Part shown: piece after piece, positions 21,201 through 28,851 of the stretch
Layout of the letters: every line of letters begins with the position of its first letter
Position numbering within the stretch: the first letter of the stretch is position 1
Assembly (NCBI GenBank): GCA_050230475.1
Contig: JBFLGF010000096.1
Location: 62,001 to 90,851, forward strand
Reading direction: 5' to 3'
Length of the DNA stretch: 28,851 nt
DNA from: Ancylonema sp.
Taxonomy: Eukaryota
Translations under genes and position numbers: made by a program
Notes under the pieces: model-generated
Database searches by the model: none
Seen by the model: the letters and a program-made list of their open reading frames with translations, nothing else
Told to the model about the DNA's origin: nothing

Positions 21201-22324
21201 ACCACTATTCACCAATTGTACCACAATAAAAAGTTGGATGATTTATCTTTACCTTCAATTTTTTCTCCTTATCAATTTGAGCGGGGGCTTGACAACAAAA
21301 CGGTCTCCGTCTTGCGAATGACGCGCGGCGTTGAAGTATACATCACTCACCTTTCATTGTTGCAATAATGCCATCGTTAATGCTTCCCCCTGTCATCAAC
21401 ATTGAGTGTGGTTTATTTGTGTAGGACGTGGACAAGGAGTATAATAACATCAAGGAAATGAAGAGGTGATATGCTTGAAGTGCGAGACTAGTTTTAAAAC
21501 AAATAGAAGACCATTTCAAATTGTATGCTTGCATTCGCTCTTTAGGTTATTATCTCCCCTTCCACTCCCATCAATAACATTCGATAGCGTGGAGAATATA
21601 ATTATGGTACTTAACATAATCGCGTTCAATTGGTTGTAATAGGCGTACCGATGATAAATAGTAGGTTTGAAGGAAAAACCCCATGTTCGTTGTCGAGTAT
21701 ATGTCATCGATGTCATCCGCGGATTCTACAATAAGTTCGAAACCAATCGACCAAAACAAATCAAAGTCCGACCATGTCATGCTCAAAGATGCCGAAGTAA
21801 ACCATGTCGCGTTCAATTGCGTACCTACATCGGAAACACGTGAACTTTCCGACGTGGCTATCATGTGTAAGTCGCACGACACCAGTTCACAAGCCCCATC
21901 TTCCCTAATTTGTCAACGTTGCCAGCCAGCACATGTTTGCACATCGAAATGCACGACCGAGTTAGCATTTGGCACAATCACATGACATCATATGCCATCA
22001 CATGCCATCACATGTTGTTGCCACACCTATCTACCGAGAGGTGTCTTGCGCCAACTCGGGAGTATTCAGTTTGCCAATCTACGTCACCCGCGCAGGTTGT
22101 GGCTTGTGCAAAAACACCAATATTATTTCATCCCATTTCCATTTCAATCTTAGACAAAGCCTTATCTTCTCTTCCACATACCTCAAAAATCTTACCTGCA
22201 CTCTCAATGTTAGTTTTCGTGTGGCATCTCGAAATATTCTCATTTTCTCATCCCTTAACACAAATTTTCATGGAAGCCTGAATGGTCGACCACATCACGT
22301 TAACAGCCGCATAGCGTGCACAAC

Positions 22325-22586
22325 AATACGATGGCGGTTTTGCCTCAATCGACTTGTTGGTATACGCCACAAAATATGACGCATAGAATCTATACTCTAG
22401 AATATATGTTTATTTTTGGGTGAGTAAAATTTTGAATAATCGTCATTGTCGTTTGAGAAAAGAAAAACCACACTAACAATGCTTCCTGAGGTTTTTTCCA
22501 GCCTTTTTTATACCAAATAATCATCCTCCCAAAGCGGCTGAAGTGCAAACAAACAAGACGATCACGAAAAAAACGCCAACGTATTT
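22325..22586. mobile_element. Degenerate MITE remnant
   Basis: About 40-bp imperfect inverted repeat AATACG(A/T)TGGCG.TTTT...ATCG.CTTGTT; no TSD recognised. Confidence 0.35.
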
Positions 22587-22869
22587 CACGCCCGTTATAC
22601 AATCGCCTGACCTTTCACAATGCTGAGGGCCATGGCATTTTGCGTTATGCCATGATAAAGAAAGGGATAATTTTTTCAGCGCTCAATATGCAAACGGGCA
22701 TTGAAAGTGCGGGAAATATAATTGATTAATGTGAAATGAAGAAATCAGTCTTTGTATGATAAATATCACAAGCCACATTATATGCATGCGGCATTAGTGG
22801 GCCGATCAAACGTGCAGTCAACGAAGAACTTCTTATGGGTAGACAAATGGAAAGTCGATATGTTACGGC

Positions 22870-23506
22870 TAACACCACGTTGCCACATGGAAGATTCCAC
22901 GTTCTTGCCATTGTTGAGGTTCGATCACGGCAATTGGCTTTTGAATGCACTCGATCGGCATGTTTGCCACACACCGCCTCTTTTGGTCCTGTCCACGTTC
23001 CACTTGTACTTAAGAGGCGGGACAGGTTGCCGTAATGTCGACCATCCGGGGCAAAACGGCATATTGGAGAACCTTCGACAAGGGTCGTTGCGTTTGAGTA
23101 ATTGTCCCATCATTCCTCATTTCTTCCCTTGTTCAAGGTGTCAACTTGTGTTTGATGCTGAAACATGTTTTCACTACTCCACTCCCTCCTCTTCTTTCTT
23201 ACCTGTACGGGGCCCATGAGGTTCGGCACTTGCGATGCTCTCATGGCGAGGGGGGAGCAGTGGTTGACAATGTAGTGGTGCATCACATACACATCGTGGC
23301 CAGAGGACGCCCAGACCAGATTGAAGCTGCACCGATCGCCACATGCACACGCAGAGAGAGACGAACAGAGGGGAAGAGGAAAGAAAAAAGGGATATATTA
23401 GGCTCAAAGATGTCAACATCTTTGAGCCAAACATCTGCACCAGCCCCCTCTTTCTCACTTTTCGGAAAACCTCCAGCTCCTTCAGTCTCACGTCAGGCTT
23501 TTTCAC
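22870..23506 (-). pseudogene. Degraded, intron-containing Ulp1-like (peptidase C48) relic, probably transposon-borne
   Basis: Minus-strand motifs in the expected order across frameshifts: VWLKDVDI (about 23430; cf. WLNDEVI), YAVLP..DGRHY (about 23050; cf. IP....HW), PQQ-NGKN-GIF (about 22900; cf. PQQxNGxDCGxF). CAG|GTAAG donor at about 23203. Confidence 0.45.
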
Positions 23507-24380
23507 CTACAAGTGGAGGATGCTCGACTTCACAGCCCGGGTGTAGTAGTGGAGGCCGAAGAACATGCCACTCCTGACACTCCTGCCACTCCTCCTCAGA
23601 CTCCTGAGACTCCTGCTGCCAACCTCCCCATGGTGTGCACGTCAGCAGAAGAGTCCAGACAAACCATAGACGAACCTGGCATCACCAATGAGGGTCATAC
23701 TGTTTTGACACATGAGCTGAGTGCCAAGAAATCGAATGCGGCTGAAAGGAGACTGAGATTCCACGACTCCAGACGTTCTTGATGGCTCCCGTCTGATCCT
23801 TGCAGATTGAAAACGGTCATCTCCGCTTCTTCATTTTGTGGTCAAGAAACAAAAAAGAAAGGGGGGGGGGGGGAGAATGCCCGACCTCCAGTTGTGGATT
23901 GTCACACCTTCATGTTGCGCTAGTCGAGTTTGCAGACAACCTTCCATCGTAGGCCCCACATCTTGCCATGACCTTCCTTGCATGTCTGCGCAACTCTACT
24001 TGATGCGCTGTTGTGTCACTTCCCTGTACCATCTCGTCATAGAGCGCCGCAAAGAGCATATCAGTATCACGTCCACAGCTGCTTGCTGCCCAAACTTCTG
24101 TCACCTCCTCTTTGGTGACTTGAAGAACATCCGTCTACCTTTCTGTCCGTCCAGGTGCTACAACCAATCTATGAAAGACGAATGCCACGTCTACGTTTTG
24201 AAATGCATTCGTACTGCCTTCCCGTTTCTCAACCTTCCACGGCCCTGGCCCATCTTGAAACCAGGTCGGACCACATTACTGTCCTCCTGGCTAAAATCCG
24301 ACCCAATCCGAACTACGCCAGCTTTCGAAGCTTGGATCACATCTTCCCTACGGAGGAGGCACACACGAGTGCCCAAATGA

Positions 24381-26658
24381 AATGATGAGTGTCTTACGAA
24401 GTTATTTCCCCGTGTACTGATTAACGAGTCTGCAAACATATCCACAAATTATTGTAAATTCAACGACCAACTCCTCCAACTCTTCACCTCGTCGCTATTC
24501 ATTGCGGCGATGTTTGGGGGATTCCTTGGCGTTCCGATCTCACGTTGGGTGGGACGCACCAAGGCTATGTTTGTTTCGGGCGTTTTGTCTAGGAGTTGGC
24601 CTTTGTTCTGGAGCGACAAGTATCATCATGCTTGTCCTTGGGCGCCTTCTCATAGGTTTGGGCATTGGCATTGCCAACTTGGTGAGTTTTCGATTATCAT
24701 GAACACATTTTTTTTGTCTCTTCGTGTCACTTGAATGTACGATTCCTCCTCGTAGACCGTTTGTGATTCATAGTTGGTACAAACTTGAAATCCACTTTTG
24801 AACCTCCTTATTCGCAAGTATCATTGATGCCTACACGAGGAAGAAGATATCGATTTGAATGTACTGCGAGAAATATATGGTACGTTTTTTTTTTTTTTTT
24901 TAAACTTTCAAAGCCCTTCCCTCCCGCCTCCGGCTTCTTCGGAGTACACTATATTGTTTGGGAAGTACAAACGTTTGTGTTTGTGGTTGTAGGTGGTTCC
25001 TTTGTACTTATCCGAGATGGCATCGGCGAAGTGGCGAGGTGCGATCTCGCAAATGTTTCAGCAAAGTACCACGATCGGAATCCTTCGCGCGCAAGTCATC
25101 AATTCCGGCACCCAAAACGTGCATCCCGACGGTTGGAGGATGAGCCTTGGCCTTGCCGGGATCCCGGCGGTCTTCCTCAATATAGGAGGTTTGTTTTTAA
25201 CGGACACCCCCAACTCTCTTGTCGAGCGGAACCAAGTGGAGAAAGGGCGAGAGGTTCTCGTGAAGACCCGTGGAACAATTAACATTTAAGTAACGAACCT
25301 AACCTTGTAGTTTGGTGTTGATATATTGTATCGATTTCTCGCATCGATCATGCATATGCAAATGTAGTTTGCAATAAAAGTGGAAATATCATATTTTTTT
25401 ACATTTTTTGAGATTTTGTACTTATTTTTCGAGTTTATGTGATTGCATAAACCCGTAGGTGGAGTTCGAAGACATTTGGCGGCTGCGGAGTCGAAGAAAG
25501 AGATGCAAAGGAGTTACGGGATGATTTTCACGGCAGAATATCGTCCGCAACTGTTTTGGTCTATCATGATCCCTTGTTTTCAACAATGGACCGGGATAAA
25601 TGCAATAATTTTATATTGCGCTCCCTTGTTCAAGACTCTTGGATTTTGACAGTCCACCGCTCTCCTTAATGCGTTGATTATGGGCGTTGTGAATATGTTG
25701 GCGACCATTATCTCAATTGTTCTTGCGGATCGCGTTGGCCGAAGAGTGCTCTTCATTCAAGGAGGTTTGCAAATGTTTGCATGCCAGGTGAGAAGGGAAC
25801 TCATCGATTTAGTATTTCACTCCTTGGAATTGATTGCTTTACTCACGTGAGATTGGTTGATAATATTTATCTGTTGAAAGAAATATTTATTCGAAATCCA
25901 TTGATCGAAATCTCTATTTATGCAAAGTCGATCATCAATGCTTAGTGCATTTGACCCAACATCTTTTAACGTTGTGGTTCTTTCACTCCTTACGTGATTG
26001 TAGGTGGCGATAGGCGCCATTCTTGCGGCGACATTTCACGACACGAATGCTCTTGGAAAAACCCCGGCCATATTTATTCTGATTCTCATATGCGCTTATG
26101 TAGCTGCTTTTGCTTGGTCGTGGGGGCCTTTGGGCTGGGTTGTGCCGGCCGAGATGCAAACGTTGGAGACACGGGCGATGTGGCAATCCATTACCGTTGC
26201 CGTGAAATTTTTATTCACATTCGTTGTGGGGCAGTCGTTTTTGTTCATGTTGTGTGTTATGGGGTAAGTCGGGGAAAAAGTGGGTGATTGCTTGTTTTGC
26301 TTCCATGCAACCGAATATTGTTTATGATGAAGTTTAACAAGTTGTTCTCCGTTTAAGTGCAAGCCGTCGGAATGCGAAAACCACACAGGTTATGCCCGCG
26401 CGGACTCACCACACTTTTATGGCCACACCGATACACAATGCGATTCACCATGTTTTAAGACACTACTTTGTTGCTACCCTTCTCAGATATGGCATATTTT
26501 GGTTTTTTGCGGGATGCGTGGCGGTTATGACCGCGTGTGTCTATTTCCTTTTGCCCGAGACAAAAGGTGTCCCTATTGAGGGCATGAAGGCTATTTGGCG
26601 GGCACACACATTTTGGGCGAGGATCCTTCCGACGACTTCGCACGCCCTAATAGTGTAG
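24381..26658 (+). pseudogene. Sugar transport protein (STP/MST hexose/H+ symporter) pseudogene, 5'-truncated
   Basis: Exons 24381-24681 (..KLFP..NYCKFNDQLLQLFTSSLF..GRLLIGLGIGIANL), 24993-25289 (VVPLYLSEMAS..GWRMSLGLAGIPA..DTPNSLVER), 25459-25787 (YRPQL..FQQWTGINAI..DRVGRR), 26004-26263 (FAWSWGPLGWVVPAE), 26487-26658 ([14 protein letters not shown]). Lesions: frameshifts near 24585 and 25475, TAA 25287-25289, TGA 25647-25649; exon 1 absent. Confidence 0.92.
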
Positions 26659-27519
26659 CACAATGTCACGTGCTTACAATCGGTTCGATTCGTCGGAAAC
26701 CGCAAGGACAAAAATGACCATGAACATGTTGTAAAATATTTTTCCATTAGCATTCGACGAGAATCACACTCGCTGTTTGCAATTCACGTACGTCGTGAAG
26801 GTCAAGGTGTCGTGTTGATGTTAGCGTGGTTTCGCTTGAGTTTTAGTTATTCGGCTTTGTACTTACGTGCAATACGAAAATGACTTCCGGTGGTGTCGGT
26901 GTAGAGCACGATGATATATGGGAATGTCGGGAGTTGAAGCTAGGGTAGCCTACTAGTTCTAATGGAGAATATATAAAAACATGAACGACCACAACTTGAT
27001 AACAAAAAAAGTTGGATGCGAACATAGTGTTCTCATATGAAATACACCATCGCTCGAGTTTCTATCCGCAATTTTAAATTCAATGGATGATTGCCCTACT
27101 CATGCACGTTTACGTAAATTTTTGGGAATTTTAGGTGTATCAATCAAGCAATTCCCGTTACATAGCGATGTTGGAATTTATTCGTCTATCATTCAAGCAA
27201 CTTTGATTGCATAGCGATGTAAAGACAACTGATTATAGCGTATCCATTGTAGATGGCAACGACGAAAGGAACTACATGAATCCCACAGCGCAAACTATTA
27301 AGTGACACTCTCATGCACAAATCTAGAATGTGAAACGTAGACAAGAAGCACAAAAATGTACGTTGCGCCAATGCCAAAATCAATGGGGTCAATTATCAAG
27401 AGGATGTGGATTCACTTACCAAGAGCAAAGGAAAGGACGACATGATACGAGTAACTTTAGAGCTATCACACACCCTTCAAAGATGGCATTCACCTTGAAC
27501 ACCTAGGATAAATTCAAAA

Positions 27520-28227
27520 GTTGAGTAATTTCAGGCAAAGAGGATGTTTCCGAAATGAGCACCCCACCAAGAGAGTGCATGTGTACTCACGAGTCGAGCA
27601 TGCAGACATCTCTTCATCAACCTGCCGCGCCACTCTGTTGATTCATTGTCCACTTTTTACGCGTTTCTCTCAAACGACTCTCCTCAAAAAGACTTGAATG
27701 ACCCAACCCCCCATATTCGACGTAGATCCATAGCACCCGATTGGACTCTCTACACATAACAACTAAATGCACACCATCCACGTGATCAGTAGTACGAGTG
27801 ATGAAGTGTTCCAACACCCCTTTTTAGAAGGCGTGGAACATGCTGAAAATAAAACATGGCTTCAAAAACACGTTGCGAACCTTTTTGTGTTTCTTCCTAT
27901 TCTATTCAACCACATATTCGTAGGTGCGATTCGCGATTCTAATACACAAAGCTTCCAAGTCGGGGGCGAGGGAGATCCCATACATTTTATCGCAAAGATC
28001 CCCCTCTTGGCCTCCTTGGTGTCAAAGTTTTGCGGATGTGCAAAGGCCATGAATGTGTGGTCGTCGAATGTTCCAAATCCATCACGTGTGGTCCTCATTT
28101 GATGGGGTTGCAAAGAGGTTGTCTCTGGGGTGCCATGCACAGCCAAAGGAGTCGTCCCCGTCCCGATATCCGCCAATCCTTCGTCATCGCCGCCCATCAC
28201 CACCACCAACCGACTGTCGAGACTCAC
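27520..28227 (-). pseudogene. Highly degraded coding relic, possibly PIF1-type helicase (Helitron-like)
   Basis: Weak motifs in order: GTGTT, APTN.....IG..T, VDE.MS, FGNILFA. Spacing is longer than typical; assignment tentative. Confidence 0.25.
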
Positions 28228-28460
28228 GAAGGTTTGCCGACATCATGGAGGGCGCACAACTGACAAGAACAAAAAAAAAGGAACTAGAAATATGAACCCA
28301 CATCTTAAGTTGAACACGGAAATTTGTTTCCAGGTGTCAAGTATCACTAGATGAGGTGAAAAGTATTGACAACATATATTCATATATTCATTTCTTCTCA
28401 TGCCTTCATATCTTCTTCTTCTTCTTCTCTATGTCTCATGGCTTCGACGTATGTTTGTTA

Positions 28461-28851
28461 GTCTTCCCCCTCTCTCTCTCCCACTCTCTCTCTCTCCCCC
28501 TCTCTATCCCCCCCCCTCTCTCTCCCCCCCTCTCCCTTCCCCCCTCTCTCTCCCCCATCTCCCTCTCCCCCTCTCTCTCCCCCCCCCTCTCCCTCCCCCC
28601 CTCTCCCTCCCACCCTCTCCCTCTCCCTCTCCCTCTCCCTCTCCCTCTCCCTCTCCCTTTCTCCCCCCCCCTCTCCCTCCCCCCCTCTCCCTCTCCCTCT
28701 CCCTCTCCCTCTCCGTATCCCTCTCCCTCTCCCTCTCCCTCTACCTCTCCCTCTCCCTCTCCCTGTCTCCACCCCCCTCTTCCTCCCTCCCTCTCCCTCT
28801 CCCTCTCCCTCTCCCTCTCCCTCTCCCTCTCCCCTCTCCCCTCTCCCCTCT
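28461..28851. repeat. (CTCTCC)n polypyrimidine/polypurine simple repeat
   Basis: About 390 bp of nearly pure C/T, continuing to the window end. Confidence 0.95.

Noticed and set aside
21571..21985. Possible PHD/Zn-finger-like relic (ELVSCD...TWF)
   Set aside because: Too few Cys/His ligands remain to support a call.
325..25649. In-frame TAA codons in copia gag-pol (327-325) and STP copies (20242, 25287), plus a TGA-ending TCD gene, suggesting a TAR=Gln genetic code
   Set aside because: The same genes also contain TGA stops and frameshifts, and the intact TCD gene has no in-frame TAA/TAG in over 500 codons. Ordinary decay explains them.
19891..26658. One long STP gene joining exon 1 at 19891 to exons from 24381
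   Set aside because: Exon-2 to TM6 sequence is present twice (20167-21200 and 24381-25289), and the 24381 segment lacks its acceptor and the YDIG start. These are two separate broken copies.
28458..28772. RG/ER-repeat ORF (104 aa)
   Set aside because: It is a translation of the (GGAGAG)n microsatellite.

Overview
Eukaryotic, intron-rich, transposon-dense DNA, probably from a plant or streptophyte alga; the retroelement PBS matches plant-type tRNAiMet and the STP and TCD genes look plant-like. Only one gene appears intact: an 8-exon minus-strand ThiF/E1-like tRNA threonylcarbamoyladenosine dehydratase (TCD1/TCD2/TcdA family, 10068-13682). The window starts inside a degenerate minus-strand Ty1/copia element (protease, gag, half-tRNAiMet PBS, candidate LTR). 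Non-autonomous DNA transposons with readable TIRs and TSDs (hAT, Mutator, Tc1/mariner) follow, some nested three deep. Upstream of TCD, two hAT elements lie in tandem, flanked and separated by three copies of one 8-bp TSD, and a third inserted 13 bp further on. The right half holds three sugar-transporter (STP/MST) pseudogenes. Two of them form an old head-to-head inverted duplication (arms about 18432-19474 and 19619-21092) and share the same inactivating lesions. Degraded Ulp1-like and possibly PIF1-like relics and a (CTCTCC)n tract end the window. The most notable unexplained structures are the STP palindrome, a 62-bp tandem array of a TCD exon/5' splice-site junction, and the same-site hAT tandem.
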